IMG/VR virus record: IMGVR_UViG_3300028129_000033
Span: 1-33,901 of that record
Strand: one strand, 5' to 3'
DNA: 33,901 nucleotides
Source: a virus
Lineage: Duplodnaviria; Caudoviricetes
Shown: one piece after another, positions 1 through 7,732 of the stretch
How positions within the stretch are numbered: the first letter of the stretch is position 1
How the letters are laid out: the number at the start of each line of letters is the position of its first letter
The notes under the pieces: generated by a model
What the model was told of the DNA's origin: nothing
What the model saw: only the letters and a program-made list of their open reading frames with translations
Database searches by the model: none
Program-made: the position numbers and the translations under genes

Positions 1-920
1 CATCTTAAACGTCCATTACTAATAACATATTCTAGGTTATCTTTCCAAGTATTATATTCTAGTCCGTCTCTTATATAATCTGCTTGCAATCCAGTAGCTT
101 CGCAACTAGTAAACAAGTCAAACTCTTTATAATTATCAAGTTTAGTAAAATCAACTAAGTCTTGTATTAAATCATCTTTCACCATAAGATTTGAATTAAT
201 TGCAATTCTTAAATTAGGAGCATGATTTTGTTTTACAACTTTTGCAAAGTTCCAAAACTGATGACTTACTAATGCTTCGCCGCCAGTTATCCTAAGTTCT
301 TCTAGTTCACTGCTTAATTGCGGCCACCATTTAAAAAATGCTTCTACATAAGGATTGCCTTCGTTAAATTTTCCGTACGGTTCGGTCCATTCACCGTCAT
401 GATGATAGGCGCCTGCGCCATCTGATTTCATTTGTTGATATGGACCATTCTTTTTAATATCTTGTGCCCATGTAGTGCTATAACTTGAATTACAATAACT
501 ACATGCTAAGTTACACGTTCTATCAAAACTAATTTCTAATGTTTTTGGAATAACATCTTCATATGGATCATTTTCTGCGATTGCAATAATATCTTTTTCT
601 TTGTATATTTGACTCTTATATACTCTATCAGAAATATTATCTCTACCAATATCTTCAATTTTCCAGCAGTACTCACATTCAGGTGGTCGTTCACCTTTAA
701 TCATACGCTCACGTTGTTTCTTTTTGTGTGCTGTATTATGCAACGCACTAGGATTAGTTTTAATTTCTTCCTTGTCAATAGGATGAGGAATAGGCAAGTG
801 ACAACTATGTGTCATACCATGGCCTAGATGGATAGTTGCATTAAGCCATTTAGCAGCACAGAAGCTAGGACTAACTGAATCTAATACTTTCTTACGCCAG
901 TCAAATAATTCTTTACTCAT
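1..920 (-). CDS. Radical SAM protein with N-terminal twitch/SPASM-like Fe-S domain (partial; 3' end beyond window; missing from ORF track)
   Basis: Manual translation from ATG at 920-918, which overlaps the upstream TGA as ATGA: MSKELFDWRKKVLDSVSPSFCAAKWLNATIHLGHGMTHSCHLP...ERPPECEYCWKIED...LEISFDRTCNLACSYCNSSYSTTW...LRITGGEAL...IAINSNL. The CxxxCxxC motif is at 492-515, the frame stays open to the window edge, and the protein is colinear with the 470-aa neighbour. Confidence 0.92.
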   Translation of the reverse strand, partial: MSKELFDWRKKVLDSVSPSFCAAKWLNATIHLGHGMTHSCHLPIPHPIDKEEIKTNPSALHNTAHKKKQRERMIKGERPPECEYCWKIEDIGRDNISDRVYKSQIYKEKDIIAIAENDPYEDVIPKTLEISFDRTCNLACSYCNSSYSTTWAQDIKKNGPYQQMKSDGAGAYHHDGEWTEPYGKFNEGNPYVEAFFKWWPQLSSELEELRITGGEALVSHQFWNFAKVVKQNHAPNLRIAINSNLMVKDDLIQDLVDFTKLDNYKEFDLFTSCEATGLQADYIRDGLEYNTWKDNLEYVISNGRLR

Positions 921-2329
921 AGTGTTTTGCACTCCCAATAAAAATCTTCCATTTCAGGAAATACTTCTAAAAAATTCTTTCCTCTACGCTTGTCGTGCTC
1001 GTCAAAGAATGCAACGAAGTTTTTTCTTCCTTCGATAAGTTCTTTTTCCTTAATATGCTTAGGACTCTGCTGCATTACCCAATATATCCTTTGTAATCTA
1101 TTAATTTCATAGTCGTACATACCGATGCCGCAAAGTGGCGGCCAATGACTATGTTCTTTATTTTGGAACATCCAAGTGACTTGGTCTTCAAGCATTTTTA
1201 AATAGTTGTCATCTTGAACTATTAGTATTGATTGATGCGGTGGCCAACGTAGATAACTAACATCTAAACTCACTGCATGGCTTTTTGCAGGATCAGTGTG
1301 ATGTTTTTTACGCAAGTCTAACAAGTCTTTCATTAGGTCTTGATAACTAGACAAACTTAATGAGTTGTATGTTGCCATATTTGTAATTTTGCAATCTGGT
1401 ATTTCTGTTAACACTTTATCGCAATTGTCAATCCACTGGTTATAATCCATACCATGTCTAATATACTCAGCACGTTTGCCGTGAGCTTCTGCACTAGTAT
1501 AAATTTTAAAATCTTTGATTAAACCTTCGCCTTGAATGCGTTTGGCCTTTTCTATCATCTTGTCAACTAAACCGTCTGGTACACAAAGATTGCTGTTTAT
1601 GTTTAATTCTAAGTTAGGATTAGGATTCTCAATAATATAATCTAAAACTTTAAAAGTATCTTTTGCCATTAATGGCTCACCGCCAGTAATTCTAAATGTA
1701 TGCAAATCAGGATACAGTTTTGGCCACCATTTCCAAAACGCTTCTACATAAGGATTATGTTCTCTATGCGGAATAGGCATTTTGCCATTTTGTTTAATCC
1801 AATCTAAATTATTAAAATTATATGTAGTGCCAGTATACCCGCCATGCTTTTGTATTTCTTGCATCCAAGTACTACTAATTTCAGGTGAACAGTATGTACA
1901 CGCAAAGTTACAAGCATTTGAAAAACTAACTTCTACATAGCTAGGATTTGTATTTTCATCCGGAGAGCTCTTTGCAATAATATCTTTTTCAGGCCAAGCC
2001 CATTCTTCTGCACTTTTAGTTATTCTGTCACTAAATGTAGAACCATCCGACGAGTCTTCAGCTGTCCAGCAATAGTCACATTCTTCTGGACGTTCACCTT
2101 TAAGCATTTTAGCACGTTGCTCTTTCTTAAACTTAGTGTTATGTAACGCACTAGGATCTACTTCAATTTCTTCTAAAGGTATTTTATGTGTTGCTGGGTG
2201 ATGGCAACTGTGCGTATGACCTGTTTGCAAGTGAAGTGTAACTTGCTTCCATTTAGCAAGGCACATAGAACAACTGATGTTATTGAGCTCTTCTCTTACA
2301 CTCTTATATCCTGTTAAAACGTCACCCAT
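917..2329 (-). CDS. Radical SAM protein with N-terminal twitch/SPASM-like Fe-S domain (470 aa)
   Basis: CNFACTYC (CxxxCxxC, 1889-1912), ITGGEPL and INSN motifs. The N-terminal Cys cluster CLAKW...SCHHP...ECDYCW precedes the radical SAM core, the architecture of the N-terminal-twitch radical SAM family. Confidence 0.92.
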   Translation of the reverse strand: MGDVLTGYKSVREELNNISCSMCLAKWKQVTLHLQTGHTHSCHHPATHKIPLEEIEVDPSALHNTKFKKEQRAKMLKGERPEECDYCWTAEDSSDGSTFSDRITKSAEEWAWPEKDIIAKSSPDENTNPSYVEVSFSNACNFACTYCSPEISSTWMQEIQKHGGYTGTTYNFNNLDWIKQNGKMPIPHREHNPYVEAFWKWWPKLYPDLHTFRITGGEPLMAKDTFKVLDYIIENPNPNLELNINSNLCVPDGLVDKMIEKAKRIQGEGLIKDFKIYTSAEAHGKRAEYIRHGMDYNQWIDNCDKVLTEIPDCKITNMATYNSLSLSSYQDLMKDLLDLRKKHHTDPAKSHAVSLDVSYLRWPPHQSILIVQDDNYLKMLEDQVTWMFQNKEHSHWPPLCGIGMYDYEINRLQRIYWVMQQSPKHIKEKELIEGRKNFVAFFDEHDKRRGKNFLEVFPEMEDFYWECKTL

Positions 2330-3261
2330 TATACGTCCTTTAGTTCTTCGATAAATCTTTGATTATCGGTTCTTGAAGGATTTTGATAAACTGATTTAAA
2401 AAATTTACTTTGCTGTGCATCTAATGGCTGGGCTGCAATAGGTATATCTAATTTAGCTAGAATTTTATCGCCTAAATCTTCAATAGAATCTTGCAATCCT
2501 TCCATTGATACCCTTGGTTCAACTTCTTTCCAAAGACTGTTTAGGTATTTAAAATCTCTAACTTGTACATAATCCCAATCTGTACACATTGTTTTATACA
2601 GACCTTCTCGTGCGCCATAGATTGCCCAAAGGCCATTGTCAACATCTGCACCTACCATAGTCCAAATGTATAACCAATGTAAACATCTCCAATGATTATC
2701 TTTAAACTCTTGGGGTGTAATTCTTACGCCTCGGTCAGTAGCAAGTTTTACACCTTCTCTAAAACCTGCTCTCCATGCTTGTCCTGGTGTTTCATTATTA
2801 AATACGTCTGAATAAACACTATTCATTTGAATATACTGCGCATCCCAGCAAAAATCTACTTGTGCATGTGCATTAGTAGGATCTGCGTTTTCGTGTGTGC
2901 GCATGTTTAATACATATTCAGTAGGCCAGCATTTAATGCCGCCGTTGCCGTACATCAATCCATTTATTTCATTTTGGCCGCACCAACTAATAACAGCATT
3001 TTGTAAATCAACATGTTCAGTAAAATCAATTTCTTGATTTAGAAATTCTGCACGTATTCTGTTATCACCATCGACTGTAATAAATCTATCTGTTTCACTT
3101 AATTTTGCACAAGCCTTGTGTGCAGCATCACTACCTTCTACTCCGTGAACACGTTTAGCCCATGGAACTTTTTGACATAAATCTGCATAGTTTTTTTCTG
3201 CGTTTGGCTCGTCATAAGACAAATAAATTATGTCATAATCAATGGGCTTAAATTTACTCAT
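2329..3261 (-). CDS. Putative GT-A fold glycosyltransferase-like protein (310 aa)
   Basis: N-terminal DIIYLSYDE strand, G..AAHKACA helix and a hydrophobic strand ending in a DxD motif (FITVDGDN), the layout of a GT-A nucleotide-sugar binding domain. TAATG overlap with the downstream gene. Confidence 0.65.
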   Translation of the reverse strand: MSKFKPIDYDIIYLSYDEPNAEKNYADLCQKVPWAKRVHGVEGSDAAHKACAKLSETDRFITVDGDNRIRAEFLNQEIDFTEHVDLQNAVISWCGQNEINGLMYGNGGIKCWPTEYVLNMRTHENADPTNAHAQVDFCWDAQYIQMNSVYSDVFNNETPGQAWRAGFREGVKLATDRGVRITPQEFKDNHWRCLHWLYIWTMVGADVDNGLWAIYGAREGLYKTMCTDWDYVQVRDFKYLNSLWKEVEPRVSMEGLQDSIEDLGDKILAKLDIPIAAQPLDAQQSKFFKSVYQNPSRTDNQRFIEELKDV

Positions 3262-4599
3262 TTATTGTACTACCTCATGTGCATAGTGTTCAAAATATTT
3301 TGCTGTGTATATACTTACATTAACTCCATCTTGCTCAACGTCATATATGAAAGGGATAGTAGTTGGCTTTTCCCAAAGTAACTCTTCGGCATTTAACTCT
3401 AGCGTTCTATAAAGAATATTAGGATCATATTTTTCTGTTACACTAAAATACAACTTGTCTTTAACACTATAACCGCTAGTATTTAAAAATGCTTTAGTAT
3501 ACGGATTAAGTACAATTGTCCAGCACTTATCAACAAAATTCTGTTGTATAATAACATCATAGTCCTTAGTAGTATTATAATTATAAATCTGAGTGCCTAC
3601 TAGTACTAATTGTCCGTTTTTTAAAGTATCTTTATCTACTACAGTATGTTCAGTCTCATAAAACAAAGTTTTGTTATTTAATGAATCAAATTTTAAAAGT
3701 TCTTCTGAATCCCAAACAATTAAATGTCTATCAGATTCTTTCCAAAAAACTGTGTTCTGTTGTTTTTCAAACTGCTCAGAGGCATATTTAATACTAAAAA
3801 TTTTATTATTACTTAATACAATCATACCCAAGTTTAGGTCGTTAGTGTCGATAACTGTTAGGTGCTTGTTTTCATCAGCGTATAAAATAACATCTTGTAC
3901 GATAATTTCACAATTTGCTTTTCTAAATTTAGTTTCTGCTTTTTGGTCTTTTTTAATTCTGTAAACTGTTCCTCGATGCCAAACATGTTGACCTTCTGTA
4001 TGTGATAATTCGTCATACCAAACATCAACATGCACACCTTCATATTCAGGTTGCATTATTAAACGATTTGAAACGTGTGTAACTGTTGACGTGTCTGTTA
4101 ATAGCACATCCTTTATAAAAAGTTCTGCATTGCCAAATACTTGACCTTTATCGTTGTCTGCTAAAAGTTTGTAAACATTATCTTCATAGAATACTATTTG
4201 ATCTTTTACATATTCGCCATCAACTGCCCATATATAAACATCAACACCGTCGTATGCTGGTTCAAGTGTGCTATGGCCGTCATTATAATTTTTAATTAAC
4301 GGTAACTCATAACATAAAGTAGCTGCAATTTTATTTTCGTCTTCATATGTTTTACGTTTTAACATCCTGTCTTTAATTGAAACATCGTATGTTACGACCC
4401 ATTCGTCAAGTCTATACTCGCCTTTAAGTAAAGGTTTTGCTTCATCCTGCGTAACTACTAGCAATTCAAAATCTTCTGTATCATATTTTCTATTACTAAT
4501 TTTCTTAACAGCACCAGTTTGTTTTTCATAATAAACATATGCTTCACTTGAAACAGCTTCTACTTTTAGTTTTCTTATTAAACTTGCTAACTCAGACAT
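3262..4599 (-). CDS. Hypothetical protein (445 aa) with an internal ~55-aa duplication carrying CBM5/12-like motifs
   Basis: Long ORF coupled to both neighbours. Repeats PAYDGVDVYIW..EYVKDQIVFYEDNVYKL..IKDVLL and PEYEGVHVDVW..HTEGQHVWHRGTVYRI..VQDVIL. Confidence 0.75.
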   Translation of the reverse strand: MSELASLIRKLKVEAVSSEAYVYYEKQTGAVKKISNRKYDTEDFELLVVTQDEAKPLLKGEYRLDEWVVTYDVSIKDRMLKRKTYEDENKIAATLCYELPLIKNYNDGHSTLEPAYDGVDVYIWAVDGEYVKDQIVFYEDNVYKLLADNDKGQVFGNAELFIKDVLLTDTSTVTHVSNRLIMQPEYEGVHVDVWYDELSHTEGQHVWHRGTVYRIKKDQKAETKFRKANCEIIVQDVILYADENKHLTVIDTNDLNLGMIVLSNNKIFSIKYASEQFEKQQNTVFWKESDRHLIVWDSEELLKFDSLNNKTLFYETEHTVVDKDTLKNGQLVLVGTQIYNYNTTKDYDVIIQQNFVDKCWTIVLNPYTKAFLNTSGYSVKDKLYFSVTEKYDPNILYRTLELNAEELLWEKPTTIPFIYDVEQDGVNVSIYTAKYFEHYAHEVVQ

Positions 4600-5431
4600 T
4601 TAACAAACTCCTATATCTTTCAACAACTGGAGTTTTTTCTAAAAAGCTATTTTCTGTATAATGCAATATACCAGTTTGTATAAAATTACCTATTTTTATA
4701 TTGCAATCTTTTGAAATATAAAATCCAACTTTGTCTAACCAAGACGATTCTACTTCTTTCCAATCTTGGCAATGTGCTTTCATATGCACAAATGTAGGCA
4801 ATGACGATATTCTATTAGTAATTTCATCTTCACAATCTAAAATTTTTGCAACAATTGACGCACATACATCTATACTAACTTGTTGTGGTCTAGACTGTGG
4901 CATTAATTGTTGCTCGTAAAACGTTTCCCAGTTGTTAACCACTAACTCTAACCATGCATAAAAGTCTTGTGCAAACTCACATTTTTTGAAATAATGAAAT
5001 CCGCTAAACAAATTAGGAAGATTGCTGTCAATAAATGTACGTCGATAAAACTGTGTATCTGCAGGAGTTCCCCTGTAATTTAAAACTTTATTAGTAAAGA
5101 ATATATCGTAATTTGATAAAAAGTCCCACCAAACATCAATATTCTGTAGTACTAACATATCTGTGTCCATTACGATAGTTTCATTGTAAGGACTAGCATG
5201 ATATAACTTCCAGCGATTTTCTACTTTCCATTCACTAGTTTCTGCATGATCGCCATATGGGATTGGAATAATTTGATCAAATAAGTTTTTATTTGGTACT
5301 TCGTCATTTGTAACTATGCTAATTTTTGTATCAGGATTATGTGTACATAAACTCATTGCTAACAAACAGGCTTGATCTACATAATTATCAGTTTCATTAT
5401 TTTGAGCTAATACTACTATTCCTTTATCCAT
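4592..5431 (-). CDS. Putative GT-A glycosyltransferase (GT8/mannosyltransferase-like, 279 aa)
   Basis: KGIVVLA start strand, ACLLAMSL helix, NRWKLYHASPYNETIVMDTDML (DxD), LFSGFHYFKK and a C-terminal His motif (FVHMK / LHY). Confidence 0.75.
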   Translation of the reverse strand: MDKGIVVLAQNNETDNYVDQACLLAMSLCTHNPDTKISIVTNDEVPNKNLFDQIIPIPYGDHAETSEWKVENRWKLYHASPYNETIVMDTDMLVLQNIDVWWDFLSNYDIFFTNKVLNYRGTPADTQFYRRTFIDSNLPNLFSGFHYFKKCEFAQDFYAWLELVVNNWETFYEQQLMPQSRPQQVSIDVCASIVAKILDCEDEITNRISSLPTFVHMKAHCQDWKEVESSWLDKVGFYISKDCNIKIGNFIQTGILHYTENSFLEKTPVVERYRSLLNV

Positions 5432-6278
5432 TTTCTAACTCCTCGTCGATCATCCGTGTTAAGCTAAACTTGTTCATAACGTGTATGGTTAAGCCTTTTG
5501 TTCTTATAGAAGTGTATTCGCCTGTATAATTTTCTTTTTCAATAAGAAACATCATTTCGTCATTTTTCATTTGCCAAAGAATGTCCTTGTCGGCGGTGTA
5601 AAACATTGTTCCGGGCAATTCCTCAGCAAAACTACCCTGTGCAAATCCATTCATTATATGAATAGCAATACTAAATGCAAAGTCATTTCTAAAAAGATGA
5701 GACTTTATTTGATATGTTCTTCTATAATGATGCCACTCGTCTTCAATGTGCTTAACTAAATCAAAAAACTTTTTATTAGTTTCTGTTTTTTTAAAAAACA
5801 CAACAGTTGCCCAATAAAAATCAACACTAACATCGTCAATTTTTTGAAATTCGTCTTCATTTCTAGCTTGAGAAATATCACTTGATTTTTTATATATCAT
5901 AAAGTCTGCATCAGATTCAAACACAGATGCTAGTAAATTATTAGATATAATGTAATCAGTATCTAATAGTAGTGTTTCATCATACGGAGATAATTCATAT
6001 GCACTTGCTCGATTAGCATTCTTAAAGCCCGCAGATTTCTTTGACAATGCACCATCATAGAAATAACGCATATTTCCTTCTTCAGTATAATCTAGTTTAA
6101 TTACTTTATCAAAATCGTCAGTGCCGTATGTTTGCTCTAAGTATACGGGGCTGTCTGTTGCAAGAGACACAGGAACTTTTAGATATTTTTTGATACGTCT
6201 TGCTAAAAAAACTGCTTGTTTTACATAATCTAATTGTCCGTTATTTTTAGCAAAAAGAAATACACCTTTACTACTCAT
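5424..6278 (-). CDS. Putative GT-A glycosyltransferase (284 aa), paralog of the adjacent gene
   Basis: KGVFLFAKNN, NRASAYELSPYDETLLLDTDYI (DxD), WATVVFFKK, RNDFAFSIA and IHVMNK motifs. Confidence 0.75.
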   Translation of the reverse strand: MSSKGVFLFAKNNGQLDYVKQAVFLARRIKKYLKVPVSLATDSPVYLEQTYGTDDFDKVIKLDYTEEGNMRYFYDGALSKKSAGFKNANRASAYELSPYDETLLLDTDYIISNNLLASVFESDADFMIYKKSSDISQARNEDEFQKIDDVSVDFYWATVVFFKKTETNKKFFDLVKHIEDEWHHYRRTYQIKSHLFRNDFAFSIAIHIMNGFAQGSFAEELPGTMFYTADKDILWQMKNDEMMFLIEKENYTGEYTSIRTKGLTIHVMNKFSLTRMIDEELENG

Positions 6279-6621
6279 AATCGACTAACTTCTCTACGCT
6301 TCTATTCTTTTTTAGGCTCATATAATCTGCGTGATAAGCATTTGCCGCTTCAAAATATTGTGTAAGAATTTTTTCATAAAATTCATCGACATTTTGAATA
6401 AGTGCAGGATTACTATTATCGTCAATTAATACAATTTCGTCTTGATCTGCTTCAGCCATAGCTTTACAAAAGTTAATTAATTCTTTAGTAATTGTAAATT
6501 GTGACCCGGAATAAAAATACAATAGTCCTTCTTCAAATCTTTCTCGAAGAACACGTTTTTGATTGTTTAGTGTCATCATATAATTTGAAAAATCTAATGC
6601 TTTTTCAAGGCGCTCATCCAT
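6271..6621 (-). CDS. Small helical hypothetical protein (116 aa), first gene of the GT/radical SAM operon
   Basis: AGGAG Shine-Dalgarno at 6633-6629, 7 nt before the ATG; 8-bp overlap with the next gene. Confidence 0.8.
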   Translation of the reverse strand: MDERLEKALDFSNYMMTLNNQKRVLRERFEEGLLYFYSGSQFTITKELINFCKAMAEADQDEIVLIDDNSNPALIQNVDEFYEKILTQYFEAANAYHADYMSLKKNRSVEKLVDYE

Positions 6622-6649
6622 AGTAATACTCCTATATTATTATACTACT

Positions 6650-6678
6650 AGTATATAACAAATTTTTGGAGTTGTCAA
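6650..6678 (-). promoter_or_regulatory. Sigma70-type promoter TTGACA-N17-TATACT
   Basis: The minus strand reads TTGACA (6678-6673) ACTCCAAAAATTTGTTA TATACT (6655-6650): perfect -35, 17-nt spacer, 5/6 -10 match, in an intergenic gap upstream of an RBS. Confidence 0.8.
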
Positions 6679-6690
6679 GCTATTATTGGA

Positions 6691-7680
6691 TTATAACGGA
6701 GAAATGAGTGCGCCCGCAGGTAGTGTTTCTTGATATGTAACTGTAGAATATATAGTGCCATTAATATTTACTTGGCCAGTTGGTACAGATAGTAATATGT
6801 CACTTTCAAAATCACCAAAAACAGTTTCATCAATTCCATAAGATGTGTCATTTGGCTGGCCGTCTACAAATGATACTTTAAATTGTATTACTCGTTGGCT
6901 TACTTGTCTAGCCCTTATTTCGTAATCGTTTCTAGCATATAGTGCGCCGCCACTTTTAGAATAGCATAGTCTATATGCGCTAGTTAATCCATAATTACCT
7001 ACAGGATACCCTGTTCCTACACTAGAATTACTATACGTTGATTCGGCAGCAAAAGATATTTGACCCATATTGGATAAAATTGTGCGCCAATCAACTGTTT
7101 TGGATTGACTTCCGGTGTAATCAACACTTCCTTGAAATCTTATTTGTCCGCCGGAATTAAAAAAGTGCCGGCGTGCTGCATTTGTTGGAAATTCAACAGT
7201 AAAAATGTGACTGATCTGTCCATTCCACGGACCATTAGAAGCTAATCTTGTACTTGTCATTGTATTGCCGCCGGGGTCTTCAAGTCTTACAACTGCTAGT
7301 TGGGAAGAATCGACTAAAAATTTATCGGTTTCGAGATTTGTTGCTAAATTTTCTAATCCAGTAATATACGCTTCTTCAATTTTGTCAGCGGTTGTAGGGT
7401 TAGCGTCGATATCTCCTACAACAAAATCGTCAATACTAACAGATGATCCTATTTGGTGATATCTAGCACGTACAATATCAACATATAAGTCTTCGTAGTC
7501 TTGTGCTGAAATTTTGTCAGCGTCAACTGGGCTAGTAACTGCCTGTGTGCCAATTACTGAGTTTGTTGTAGTGCCTTGTCCGTAACCAAATTGAGGAGAA
7601 GATGTCGTAGAAGCCCCAAGAACGGTGTTTACCCGCGCTCTTAAATTATTATATCTACTGGCTTGTACAACTGTTGGCAT
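6691..7680 (-). CDS. Putative virion structural protein (329 aa), paralog of 7733..8656
   Basis: Shared motifs ASRYNNLRARVNTVLG..GYGQ..ISAQD..LYVDIVRARYHQ..RRHFFNSGGQIRF..DW..GNYGLTS; S/T/G-rich; lies in the tail module behind a late promoter motif. Confidence 0.7.
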   Translation of the reverse strand: MPTVVQASRYNNLRARVNTVLGASTTSSPQFGYGQGTTTNSVIGTQAVTSPVDADKISAQDYEDLYVDIVRARYHQIGSSVSIDDFVVGDIDANPTTADKIEEAYITGLENLATNLETDKFLVDSSQLAVVRLEDPGGNTMTSTRLASNGPWNGQISHIFTVEFPTNAARRHFFNSGGQIRFQGSVDYTGSQSKTVDWRTILSNMGQISFAAESTYSNSSVGTGYPVGNYGLTSAYRLCYSKSGGALYARNDYEIRARQVSQRVIQFKVSFVDGQPNDTSYGIDETVFGDFESDILLSVPTGQVNINGTIYSTVTYQETLPAGALISPL

Positions 7681-7682
7681 GC

Positions 7683-7730
7683 ATTATCTCTCATTTTAAG
7701 TATTTAGTTAGAAGTTTCAACAGAGATAAT
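7683..7730 (-). promoter_or_regulatory. 9-bp inverted repeat flanking a CTAAATA late promoter motif, with the 3' arm covering the RBS region
   Basis: The mRNA-sense sequence is ATTATCTCT-gttgaaacttctaaCTAAATActtaaaatg-AGAGATAAT-gc-ATG. Arms are at 7730-7722 and 7691-7683; CTAAATA is at 7707-7701. Confidence 0.55.
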
Positions 7731-7732
7731 TG

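Noticed and set aside
609-827. 72-aa plus-strand ORF
   Set aside because: Antisense shadow of the partial radical SAM gene at 1..920; TTG start and no recognisable motifs.
1-2329. Radical SAM pair as RiPP maturases or QueE-type deazaguanine DNA-modification enzymes
   Set aside because: No precursor peptide, PqqD/RRE domain or queC/queD/folE/dpdA genes are visible in the window, and the architecture differs from QueE. Genes beyond the edge cannot be excluded.
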